From Laetmonice hystrix (lineage: Eukaryota), in assembly GCA_965235115.1 (NCBI GenBank), contig OZ249450.1, forward strand, positions 15,686,001 to 15,750,000: 64,000 nt of DNA, written 5' to 3'. The notes beneath the pieces are model-generated. The model was not told where the DNA came from and made no database searches. It worked only from the letters and a program-made list of their open reading frames with translations. Positions 1 through 11,084 of this stretch are shown here, in pieces. Position 1 is the first letter of the stretch. Each line of letters begins with the position of its first letter. A program made the translations under genes and the position numbers.

Positions 1-801
1 GAACATTGACTGTTAAGGTAATCCTGGCACTGGCATAGAGTGTATTTTTCTTTTGAAATGCATGGGCATCAGGGGTAACCCAATTACTTTGACAATCTCC
101 CCAAAGAGAAAAGTTGTATAGTCCTCTACAGGAATCGAACCCAGTCCCTAAGATTACTGCACCCATTCGCATAGCATAAGGTGTCGACACCCATGCCCAC
201 TAGGCCACCACCACTCCCCTATAAAAGGAGCTTTGGTGGTCGAGCAGGACAATGGACCCTCCCCCTACACACATCTTTTTGAAATGAAACGGAATCCATA
301 TTTTCCTAGTTAGAGCTACACATGATTTCTACCGAACATTGACTGTTAAGGTAATCCTGGCACTGGCGTAGACTGTATTTTTCTTTTGAAATGCACGGGC
401 ATCAGGGGTAACCCAATTACTTTGACAATGTCCCTAAAGAGAAAAGTTGTATAGTCCTCTACAGGAATCGAACCCAGGCCCTAAGATTACTGCACCCATT
501 CGCATAGCATAAGGTGTCGACACCCATGCCCACTAGGCCACCGCCACTCCCCTATAAAAGGAGCTTTGGTGGTCGAGCAGGACAATGGACCCTCCCCCTA
601 CACACATCTTTTTGAAATGAAACAAGTGATTAGGACGCTATATACCCCACCTGACTGTATTTTTCTTTTGAAATGCACGGGCATCAGGGGTAACCCAATT
701 ACTTTGACAATGTCCCTAAAGAGAAAAGTTGTATAGTCCTCTACAGGAATCGAACCCAGGCCCTAAGATTACTGCACCCATTCGCATAGCATAAGGTGTC
801 G
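1..801 (-). repeat. Head-to-tail ~333-bp repeat with a tRNA-like Pol III head (SINE-derived tandem); 1 full, 1 truncated and 1 partial copy; runs off the window edge
   Basis: gaacattgactgttaagg recurs at 1 and 334; third partial copy at ~651-801. On the minus strand, copies 1 and 2 have an A-box-like TGGCCTAGTGG (197-207 in copy 1) and all three have a B-box GGTTCGATTCC (131-141 in copy 1). Confidence 0.7.
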
Positions 802-1394
802 AGTGATTAGGACCACCTCACTGCAGCAGGGCTGCAGCAGGGCCGCCTCCCGTGGAAATGCCATTTGGAGAGTACACACTGTCTGTGCTGAGTACAAGCA
901 CATCATACACTGTAGCTAACATTTGAAATTATTCTCTTTACTGAGGGCAAATTAATAGTCAGACCTCTGTAATCCAGTATGCCCACTGATTCCTAAGTAG
1001 GCCTGGGGTTGCCACAGACTTTCTAATTTGAAATTCCATGATTTTCCCATGATTTCTTGGGGTTACCTACAACATTTCCTGGTGTCATCATTACTGGCAT
1101 TGGCCTATAAGCTATGACATTTTCATAAAACGACCTCCCATCCCACCTGATCCATTCAACCTCCAAGCCACACCAGAATATAAAATTGTATAGATCTAGA
1201 TAGTTATAATCCACAGCAATTTTTGGGTAAAGGCAAGATCAGGCATGGATGGGGGGGGGGGGGCAAAGGGGCACATCCCAGCAAATTGGCGTGATGTTGC
1301 GTGAACCTGGGTCATGGGATCACGCAGTGCGCGAGGTTCGTGTACATTGCGTCATGCTGCGTCTAACGCCTCTTCACGCAACATCACACTGTGC

Positions 1395-2030
1395 GTCTAG
1401 TGCAACCTCACCCAACATCACACAATGTATCTCACGCAACCTCACCCAACATCACAATGTATCTCACGCAACCTCACCCAACATCACACAGTGTATCTCA
1501 CGCAACCTCACCCAACATCACAATGTATCTCACGCAACCTCCCCCAACATCACACACAACCTCCCCCAACATCACACAGTGTATCTCACGCAACCTCACC
1601 CAACATCACACGATGTATCTCACGCAACTTCCCCCAACATCACACGATGTATCTCACGCAACCTCACCCAACATAACACACGTCTCACGCAACATCACAC
1701 GATGTATCTCACGCAACCTCCCCCAACATCACACGGTGTATCTCACGCAACCTCCCCCAACATAACACACGTCTCACGCAACCTCACCCAACATAACACA
1801 CTGTATCTCACGCAACCTCACCCAACATCACACGGTGTATGTCACGCAACCTCACCCAACATAACACACTATATCTCACGCAACCTCACCCAACATAACA
1901 CACTGTATCTCACGCAACCTCACCCAACATCACAGTGTATCTTACGCAACCTAACCCAACATCACACAGTGTATCTCACGCAACCTCACCCAACATCACA
2001 CGGTGTATCTCACGCAACCTAACCCAACAT
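1395..2030. repeat. Left subterminal array of the transposon, ~31-34-bp unit (cacgcaacctcacccaacatcacacagtgtatct), ~19 copies
   Basis: Read directly from the sequence; starts ~120 bp inside the left TIR; explains the spurious ORFs 1249-2022, 1391-1765 and 1425-1676. Confidence 0.92.
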
Positions 2031-2726
2031 AGCATTCTGCGTCTAGCGCAGGTTAACGCACATATTAATTAAAGCCCCACCCCACCCCCTTCAATTCCTT
2101 AACACAATCAATACTGTAAAATTAATGTGGCGAAAACAGACTTTATTACTTTAACAAAGCCTGAGGGCCACATAATGATATACAACCACACAACCTTTAA
2201 ACGATTATAAGTAAAATAAAATTACGGCAAAATATCCGCGACGGCACAGTCATTCTGGCCATGTTTGTTGTATTGTCAAGCTAGTACGATCACTCCAGTG
2301 ATCACAATAACGGAACAGTATAGGTTGTGAATAAACGTTCATGCCCAAAGTGAGGGGTTCAAACTGGTCGATTCCATACATGTATACATGGATATACATG
2401 TATATGACATAATTAAAAAAAAGTTGTCTAAGTCATCAAAAGGTTATTTTCATTACAATCTCGCACTTCCTTGTCATATAATTACCATTAGACACAACGA
2501 ATACAACATTGTGTAACCTACTGTTATGTACTATATCCCATGTGAGGGCTAAGGAAGTAAAGCTGATCTTTAATATGAAGCAACATTTCACATCAAAACA
2601 AAACTTGAAATGCCTAAACAGTGCACTTAGATTAAGTTAGACTTACTGAACAACATAATATGTTCTCTATAAGGGGATATCCACTGCGCTACACCTTTCA
2701 TGATTATGATCAACTTATGACAAACT

Positions 2727-5700
2727 CTAATTGTCTTGATCAATGTTCATTGTGCCGAACTCTGTATCATGGGCATGTACCTGATTTGCCCTGCGTCGCT
2801 CTTCCCGCAGTCTTTTAGTGGCTATAGCTTTCTCGTGTTGACGGGATGCAAATGCAGCCTTTCCCTCGCTCAATCTTTGTGCTGCTTTTGCCACCTGCTT
2901 GTTGTGGCGCTTGACCCTTTCAGTGGAACGGTTGATTATATCATGCAGTTCGTTCTTCTGGCGTTTCTTGGCCTCAGCACTGTGGGGGTTATCATAGACG
3001 CGGGACCTGAGGGTGGCCGCCTTCATCAACAGGCTAGCATGCTGGGTGCCTTGCAAACGATGTTTTTCTGTCTCAACACTGCTGGCGCCAACAATACCAG
3101 CCCAGTTGAATTCTGCCTGCAAGTCAATCGTCATGAGCCTATCCAGCATCTGTCTCAGCATGGCGCCCCATTTCCTACTGGATTTGCTGGGGTAGACAGG
3201 CTTTTCTCTACCCCACCGGGCCACCAGCTCGTCAAAGATGGAGCTGTTGGCTTCAAGGAATTGGTCCTGGATATCAAATTCCTCTTTGGTTGCACAGACC
3301 TTAGGCTCGTAGCCAGTGTCCTGCACATCAGGTAAACCTGCAGGGTCCTCAAGCACATCCTCAGCTTGAGGTATTGGGGAAGGCGAACGAGGAGCTTCTG
3401 CTGGGGGTTGTGGTGGCTCAGCTATACCGTCCCTGTCCTCACACATGGCATACAGAGTAGTTTGTATCCATGCCAACCGGTCTTCGCCTCCCTGTATTCT
3501 GCTTTCTACTTTGCACATCCTGTGATTTAATTTGTCCAGCTTCTGCGAGAAATTACCGATTGTCGTATTCATATTCTTCATAATTGCCGCAAAAGTATTG
3601 AGGGCACTAGTAATCCCCCCGCGCCGATCAGGATTCGCAGAAGTCACAGGGGTGTCAGTAACTGGAGGCACAGCTGCCGAGGTGGACGGAGTCACTGGGG
3701 TGTCTGCAACTGGAGGCACAGCTGCAGGGGTGGACGGAGTGAGAGTCACGGGGATGTCTGCAACTGGAGGCACAGCTGCAGGGGTGGACGGAGTCACTGG
3801 GATGTCTGCAACTGGAGGCACAGCTGCAGGGGTGGACGGAGTCACGGGGATGTATGCAACTGGAGGCACAGCTGCAGGGGTGGACGGAGTCACGGGGATG
3901 TATGCAACTGGAGGCACAGCTGCAGGGGTGGACGGAGTCACGGGGATGTATGCAACTGGAGGCACAGCTGCAGGGGTGGACGGAGTCACGGGGATGTCTG
4001 CAACTGGAGGCACAGCTGCAGGGGTGGACGGAGTCACGGGGATGTCTGCAACTGGAGGCACAGCTGCAGGGGTGGACGGAGTCACGGGGATGTATGCAAC
4101 TGGAGGCACAGCTGCAAGGGTGGATGAAGTCACGGGGATGTCTGCAACTGGAGGCACAGCTGCAAGGGTGGATGGAGTCACAGGGGTATCTGCAACCAGC
4201 CGATTCGCAGAGGTCCGTCCCCGATCAGTCGAGGACATGTTTGGAAGGCTGGCGCACAGAGTTCCAGGAAGTGACAATCGGCCTTTAGGTAAAACCACTG
4301 GCTGCATAAACTGCCCACGTCTAGACTGAAATGCATGTTTTTGACTGATATAGGAATGCTGAAACAATGAAAACCAAGAATTAAAAAAGTAAAATTATCC
4401 ATTTATTAAATCTTTAGTGTTGATAAGCTCTTTGACAGAATTCTGAATCCCTTTCATCGTTCCCTCAGTGCTGCACCGTAAGCCCACTAGCCATACTTTA
4501 GCAACATCACATCTTGAAGTTATTTATAAGGTTAAAAATTAATATAATTAATAAAAACAATTAAAACTGCCCATTCCCTGGATTTTTTTATAGACAGCAG
4601 ATGAGCTATACAAGCACCATGCAGGACCCAGTTCTTTTGTTCACCTATTCGCTGCGCTTACCATTAGCAGCGCCTTTAACATTAGCTCAGCCTTGCTCCG
4701 ATCAGCTCACGCTTTGCTCATAGTGGAAAATTTAAGAAACCTAGGCCAAGTTCTACCAATTTATGTAGGCCTACAGCCATTTAAAAACTATCAGTTCAAC
4801 AAAATCCCATTACTAGTAAATGCGCATTGCAATATTCAATATAAATTACTACAAAAGACACTCCCTAAAGTTAGAGAATTATTACTTGTATTAGTTACAC
4901 TGTGTGGCAATGAATTTTGTCATCCATCTTTTTTAATTCAGTTTAAACCAAATACTTACCACATCTGTTGTCCCTGCTCCAGCCTGTGACCTGCCAGATT
5001 CAGCCAGCTGCAATCAGAGATACAAATATTAGTACAGAATATCACAATTTAATCCTTGCGCACACCACAGATTAAGGGATGAATTATTATGATTAAAACT
5101 TCATACATAGCAGTATTTAAATATAGGCACGAATGCCATAAATAAAAATTAATATTTTCCGAAAGTTTAACCTCAACATAAAAATAGAATGTATATTGAA
5201 TGCCTTTGCAACTATAATTAATCAGTTATCCTCACCATTTGGTTCTGACCACTAGTTGAAGGGAATATGGTACTCTCGATTATAGTTGAAGTGTCACACG
5301 TGACGGGGTGGTCCACGTCAAGCCTCAACACGTCAGTAGATTCCATTAACAGACTGCGCTTGGCACTGTTCGGTTTTCCTGTTTGTGTGGTGAATTCTCT
5401 GTTGTCTGCGTCACTCTCATCGCCCATGTCACTGGAACTGACACTGCCATCACTAGACTCATTGCTGTCACTCTGTCTTTGCTTCTTCCCAGAGGGGCTG
5501 GATGACTGGGTATTCCTTCGCTTCTGTACTTGGGGAGATTCATCCGGGTTCTTCCAGGTGCCACAGGTGCCCCCTTTGACCCCAAAACGTGCAATTCCTG
5601 GTGGCAGAGGAGTTGGAGTTTCCATTGGCACAATATTTTCCACTGGCTCACTATCAGACTCCAAGTCGCCATCACTGGTGTTGTTTTGGAGGGCCCTCTC

Positions 5701-6342
5701 TCGCTCCCTTTTCTCTGTCTCTCTCCTCTCTCTCTCCATTTTCAGTTGATGTATTGCCTTCTGCTTCTTCCTCTTTGCCTTCCACCTGCCGTGATCACTG
5801 TCTACAGCCGATGAACTTTCCGGCTGATCACCAGTGAAGCCAAACGGTTGGGTTTTTTTTCGCTTTCTCTTGCCATCCACCACCACATCCTTATTTAAAC
5901 AAGCATAAGGAATGGTGTGTATCTGTGACTGCATCAGTTCAGTCAGGGAGGCCTTGTCCCCAGAGGCAAATACCATGCTTATGGGAAAGTCTCGCCATGT
6001 TTGGAAGTTGGGTTGCTGTTTGGTGAGCATGGCATTCGTTGCCTCTCTATTGCTGACCGCACTTGGGGTGAAGTATATCGTCCACAAATCACGATCTTCA
6101 GCGTCAATCACACACCAGCACCCTGGGAACACGCCTACCATGTATTCCATGTGATTGGTATCGCCTCCCTTCCTCTCACGCCACCCAACGAGGACAAAAT
6201 CTTCGAGATCCACTGCCAGCGAGATCTCCCTAACGATGGTCGGCTCGTAGTCGGCAGGATTCAGCGACTGCACGCGGTCATCCTTGGTGATACCCATTTT
6301 TGCCTGAAATGCACCATATGCTACATGAATGAGTGACATCAA
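2727..6342 (-). CDS. Second gene of the transposon (TnpA-like partner; DUF4806-like C-terminal domain), 3 exons, ~917 aa
   Basis: Exons 6342-5236 (donor atg|gtgagg), 5007-4960 (ttgcag| ... gtg|gtaagt) and 4325-2727 (tttcag|tct), all phase 0. N-terminal YMVGVFPGCW...QQPNFQTWRDFP block, basic/Ser-rich linker, 16-aa Pro/Thr/Ala repeats, a coiled coil (MNTTIGNFSQKLDKLNHRMCKVESRI), and LRQMLDRLMTIDLQAEFNWAG...EKHRL, which resembles the DUF4806 pattern of animal EnSpm ORF2 proteins (from memory, not searched). Confidence 0.75.
3645..4200 (-). repeat. Coding minisatellite, 48-bp unit = VADIPVTPSTPAAVPP, 11 copies plus a partial
   Basis: In-frame repeats within ORF 2727-4367; the plus-strand ORFs 3532-4329 and 3854-4288 are its antisense shadow. 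Confidence 0.9.
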
Positions 6343-6838
6343 TTGGTTTATTTGGCAGATACTCTAAATGATGTTTCTTTAACGTGGTGCTGATAATTCA
6401 TCCAAACAAACCATGTTTTGTCAGACCATCCAAAAGGTAGTAAACTTCTAGTTTTCTTTGGTTTGCAGCCAATGTGTAACCCCATATTTACACAAAATAT
6501 AAAGATGGAACTTCATGAGAAGCATGTTTTTTTTTAATTTGGATGAATTATCGGTGCTGCTCTAAAGCAATAATAATTGTTAACCTAACATCTGGAAATT
6601 CCAAAGTTTTTTTTCCTGATTGTCTGGTGTTCAAGGCCCGTGGGAACCTTTTAATGAATAATGTTGCGAAAACTTCTAAACCCTGTACTATTTTACAGAA
6701 AAGCAGGGTAGCATACCAGCACTGGTAACTTTGATTTTGGACGTTGCTCTTAAGATATTTTATATAGGAAAAAATGTTTACATGTAATTGTGTCAGGGCT
6801 TGATCCCTAAGAATCTATATAGTCAACCTACTAGTAGC

Positions 6839-9043
6839 TCATGCCATGGTGTGCAGGACACCTACGGCCACAAACTGGTCGGGGTGGTTTGGAATGCCAA
6901 GCAGCACAGCTTTTCGCTTCAGTTTCGACTTTGGCAAGCTGTCTACAATTTCAAGTGGGGTATTTTCATCAATGAGGCAGATGAACAGGTCTTTCGAGCA
7001 GCATGGTTGCATGTACAGTGCCTTGAGGTCATTCTGCAAGTACATGTCACAGTTGAAGGTCCCATCCTGGTTCTCGTAGTTTACACATACTAGGTTGGAA
7101 TCAGTGGTGTAGAAACAGTTATCATTACTCTTGTGAAGGATTGTTCCTATAGTTCCAATATACTTGTTTGTGTCGCGACGCAACACCTTATCCAGTGTGT
7201 GCAGTTTGCGGGCCACGCTTACACACGCATTCTTTGAAGATGGTTTGACATAATCTTTGATAACCTGGAGGTGGTTCTCGAACCTAAAGGCACCCAGTTC
7301 ATCCAATGTTCTCCCGAAACGTTCAACATCATCAGCTATATGACACATAGAATGAACGTTAAACGTGGGAAATCCCGGGCCATAGAGTGTTATGGATCGG
7401 TCCACAAAGTACTCAAGCCATATTCTTGCCTGCTGGATGAAGGGAATTCTGATTGTCTTGTCAGGGATACAGAGTGCACGGATTGCTGCATGAAGGTAAA
7501 TGAAGTGGTCATAAATGATGGGTTGATGAGCAAAGAATTCCTTGAGAATCACAGGTCCTGGATAGAAGAGGAAGGTCCTGAGCTCCTTGGCCTTCCAATA
7601 ACTGATGTCTTCCGTGCCTCTAAATTCCTGTCGAGTAAAGTCACTGGGCATGCATGAACCTAGGTCTTTCAGCATCTTGTTCAGTTGTTCACGCATCTTG
7701 TTTGTGAGTGATTGGAAGAGGGCGCCATTGACATGGGCGGTGGCTGTGGGTGTCAGCCAAACATGAAGTAGCCTTTTAGTCACTCCCTGGCACACACTGT
7801 GCATATAGTCCAACACAAACGTTGTAACACACAGCACATTGAAGTTCATGAGTGGGGTTGAGCTATGCTGGTGTCGCTTGTTTTTGTCTTTATCCCAATA
7901 ATGCATGCGATCGAAGGCCATGTCGGTACGCTTAGCAGCATTAGCATACATGGTCCTATTATGGCAGTTGGTGTTGCCAACTCTCACCCCCTTCATGGTG
8001 CAACGCTCACAGCTGAAGTAACCTGCGTGCCCTTTGATATTTTTGATCCAGGCCCTGGCAGGTGCGTCGCACACCCAACACAAGGATTTAACAGGGATGG
8101 TTTGGTACCCTTGATGACTGTTACCCACTATGATGCCAGTGGTCTCCAGTGCCTGCAGCTCATTCAGGAAAGGGGTAATGAAACCCCCCAGCTCCTCTGG
8201 CTTCCCATCGCCCTCAAATACAGCCACTGTGATTGGGGGAAAGTCATCAAATGCCACAAGAATGGGCCACATGTGACGTCTGGCACCCTTTGCAAATGGT
8301 ATGCCATCAACATTAGTAAGAAGGTTGATCTCTTTTATGGTGCGTGCATACTCAACATCTGAGCAGAGTCTTGCTCTAATACCCTTCTCCAGGCCTATAT
8401 ATATGAAGTTGCCATTACACATTACTTGTGAAACAAGATCCAAAGGGGTGCCTTCGATTTTATGAAATGAGGGCAGATTGGCATTGAAGCAATCATTAAG
8501 GAGATCTACTACACTTTTTTTGGCCTGCTCAGTCCACTGACCCTTTGCCCACATCTCACGCAACCTAAATGTGACATCTTTTCGGTTACTCTCCTTAGTG
8601 GCCTCTGGTTGGTCATCAACAGGAGGTTCCGCACATGCAAGGTCTGCACAAGTGTAGTTGACTGCTGCAGGTTCTGGCATTTCGTCATTGCTTGAGTATT
8701 CAGCCTCCAAATCCACCTGCTCATTTACTGGTGGCTCACCAATAAGAACATCGGCGCAACAATCACCGGGCACATGACACTGCAGAGCTTCTTGGTTATA
8801 GGGCACCTCAGGTTGCAATGGTGCAGCAAGTTCAAATGTAGGAATGTTTACATGTTCAGATTCAAAGCTAAAAGTGAACTCAACCGCCAATAACTCGTCC
8901 AGTTCCTCATCAGGCATCATGGCCAGTTGTTTAGACACCCGGTGTTCCTCAGGAGCATCATTATCTTTACCTGCTGTCCGCTTACGCAACTGGACCATGT
9001 ACGCATTTCTGGCACCAGGCGTGTGCTGACGTTTGGATGCCAT
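6839..9043 (-). CDS. CMC/EnSpm-family DDE transposase, 734 aa, uninterrupted
   Basis: Motifs TNVDGIP...MWPIL, VCDAPARAWIKNIKGHAGYFSCERC, VLDYMHSVCQGV, WKAKELRTFLFY, FNVHSMCHIADDV and AFRFENHLQ match animal EnSpm/CACTA-like transposases (D, D, DxxH, E). Confidence 0.93.
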   Translation of the reverse strand: MASKRQHTPGARNAYMVQLRKRTAGKDNDAPEEHRVSKQLAMMPDEELDELLAVEFTFSFESEHVNIPTFELAAPLQPEVPYNQEALQCHVPGDCCADVLIGEPPVNEQVDLEAEYSSNDEMPEPAAVNYTCADLACAEPPVDDQPEATKESNRKDVTFRLREMWAKGQWTEQAKKSVVDLLNDCFNANLPSFHKIEGTPLDLVSQVMCNGNFIYIGLEKGIRARLCSDVEYARTIKEINLLTNVDGIPFAKGARRHMWPILVAFDDFPPITVAVFEGDGKPEELGGFITPFLNELQALETTGIIVGNSHQGYQTIPVKSLCWVCDAPARAWIKNIKGHAGYFSCERCTMKGVRVGNTNCHNRTMYANAAKRTDMAFDRMHYWDKDKNKRHQHSSTPLMNFNVLCVTTFVLDYMHSVCQGVTKRLLHVWLTPTATAHVNGALFQSLTNKMREQLNKMLKDLGSCMPSDFTRQEFRGTEDISYWKAKELRTFLFYPGPVILKEFFAHQPIIYDHFIYLHAAIRALCIPDKTIRIPFIQQARIWLEYFVDRSITLYGPGFPTFNVHSMCHIADDVERFGRTLDELGAFRFENHLQVIKDYVKPSSKNACVSVARKLHTLDKVLRRDTNKYIGTIGTILHKSNDNCFYTTDSNLVCVNYENQDGTFNCDMYLQNDLKALYMQPCCSKDLFICLIDENTPLEIVDSLPKSKLKRKAVLLGIPNHPDQFVAVGVLHTMA

Positions 9044-9194
9044 GATATAGGGTAGTATATAAAGTATAATAAGGAGGGTTCCTGATTACATTAATGACAT
9101 ACCGGTGGGATCACGGTGGTTGCTCAAGCTGGATCACTGTACACCTGTGCGCTGGACACCTGTAACACATCCAAAACTTGTAATACATATATTT

Positions 9195-9500
9195 AAAAAT
9201 ATACTACTAAACAACCAGCCTGTTTCAACAGGAGTTCCGCAAGGATCAATATTAGGACCCTTGATTTTCCTCATTTATATATTAATGACCTTGCTACGGT
9301 ATCTGCTAAATTTATGCTTATGATGGTAGTCTTTTTTTCATGGAGAATCCCCTTCAGATTTGATAAAAATAGCAAATCAGGACCTAAAACAAATAATAAG
9401 ATGGCTTAATATTGATGAACTTTTCTGAATATTATTAGAAAATCTAAATACATTCTTTTCTCAAGAAAAGGTATAACTCCTGTTTATTATAATGAAAGGT
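9195..9500 (+). pseudogene. Degraded CR1/L2-type LINE reverse-transcriptase fragment inside the transposon
   Basis: GVPQGSILGPLIFLIY, then frameshifted NDL...ANQDLKQIIRWL...KSKYILFSRK. Confidence 0.7.
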
Positions 9501-9922
9501 TATAATAATGTGGAAACACCAAATCAACGCAAAACACTCGTCTAGGCCTAGACTCTATTGGCCCCCTACTGTAGGTTTCGGCCTGCTATAGCCCTAGTAG
9601 AGCCATGCAACAGTGTCCACCCACCGACTTTTGTTCCCCCGTAATTCAACGCCATGCATGTCCATGTACACATAGTACCTTAGCCTAGGGCAGGGGTTCT
9701 CAACCAAATTTCTTCACGACCCCAAAGTGCTGAATTCGACCCCAGGACATGTAACCAAAGTTTTACCCATAATTATCACTTTAAATGTCGATTAAAATTA
9801 TATATTTTAACTCTTTGATATTGTCACCGGAGAGGTTAGTCTGAGACCATCAGTGGACATGGTAGCATTGCTAGTGCCGAGTAGTGGCCGCAGAGAGCTG
9901 CTAGAGTAGAGGCTATCTCTTT

Positions 9923-10106
9923 CAGGGCCGTAGCCTGGCCCAAATACGTGGGGGGGGGGGGGGGGGGGGCAGTAGACCTGCCATGTGATAGTGCGTCATT
10001 GTGCCGGTCGAGCTGGCCCGGAGTGTGGGTTAAAAAACACCAAAAAACTGGACATCCCGGGGGGGGGGGCAGCTGCCCCCCTGTCCCTCTGCAGGCTACG
10101 GCACTG
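9923..10106. mobile_element. MITE with CAG...CTG ends and a 5-bp TSD (tcttt), nested in the transposon
   Basis: cagggccgtagcc ... ggctacggcactg; tcttt at 9918-9922 and 10107-10111; same family as 45493-45663. Confidence 0.75.
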
Positions 10107-11084
10107 TCTTTAGTTTAGGGCCGTCTGGAGAGTTTTGACCGGCGGAGAGAATTGACCGCGACACCGGCCTCGAGAATGCTGTGAATCAGTGAATGGTAAG
10201 GAATCGGGTTCACGTTCTGAAATCCCCCTCCACTTAAACGTTACCACTTCTCCTGGCTACAGATAAATATTAAACCATTTGGCATTTATAATCAACCAGC
10301 AAAGCCCACTACCTCGTTATAGAGTCTAGTGACTATAGATGGTGAGTAGGCTCATACGCCTAACGTTAGCCCCCCCCCCCCCCAAACTGATAAGTGCTTC
10401 AACTTTCAAGTTCAAGGGATTCAAGTTCAAAATAGATCTACTCAGAGCACCAAAAACCAGGTCCACCGCCACCCCAGCACACTGACATGTTAATCGAATA
10501 TTATGTAGGCCTAAGTACAGTGCATAATAATAAATTATATTATTCCGTTTTCGAGATAGGAAGTGGTGACTGCACTCACGATGACTAAATCAAATGCCGC
10601 GATGTCGACCGGCCTAGTAGTAGTAGAAATAATAGCCAAATATAGGTCACCCACACTTACCGAAGAAATATATTATTCAAAGGTCAACATCGATATGTAT
10701 GCAGTCTAGACTCATTTCGAAAGGCGTGTGCATCTACCTACCTTACTTATAAAGCTGCTGGCAGTAAAGAAGGGGATCACTGGTCAGCTGCACCCTCCAC
10801 ACGTGTTACGGTTGGCCGTAGATCTACCGTCATGACCGTTAGGCCTAGGCCTACGTCAAAATTTCAAATCCGAGCCGAAACCACGCGGTCACGCGAGACG
10901 CGAGACACCATCGTCAGGTCTCAGATAACAAAATGTGCAGTGCAGGGAAATAGGCCCGATATGCTAGATGATATAGATGATCTAGTCTATATTGGGATGA
11001 CCGATCCAAATATTCTTGCTGCCACTGCCACTGGACTGGTAGTGGAGGAATGTGCGTGAGGTCATAGGCCTATTACGTGAGGTT

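Noticed and set aside
1-801. Hammerhead ribozyme (retrozyme) in the 333-bp unit
   Set aside because: The nearest match is CTGATGC rather than CTGANGA, with no pairable stem II before GAAA; not supported by eye.
1249-2022. 257-aa, 124-aa and 83-aa His/Thr-rich ORFs
   Set aside because: They are stop-free by-products of the left subterminal array, open in all three frames.
2736-8362. Plus-strand ORFs overlapping the two transposon genes (e.g. 2736-3335, 3532-4329, 5267-5749, 7865-8362)
   Set aside because: They are antisense shadows of long coding sequences with no recognisable motifs.
9949-9970. Long poly-G/poly-C runs throughout the window as G-quadruplex regulatory elements
   Set aside because: Many lie inside MITEs, and homopolymer lengths are unreliable in assemblies.
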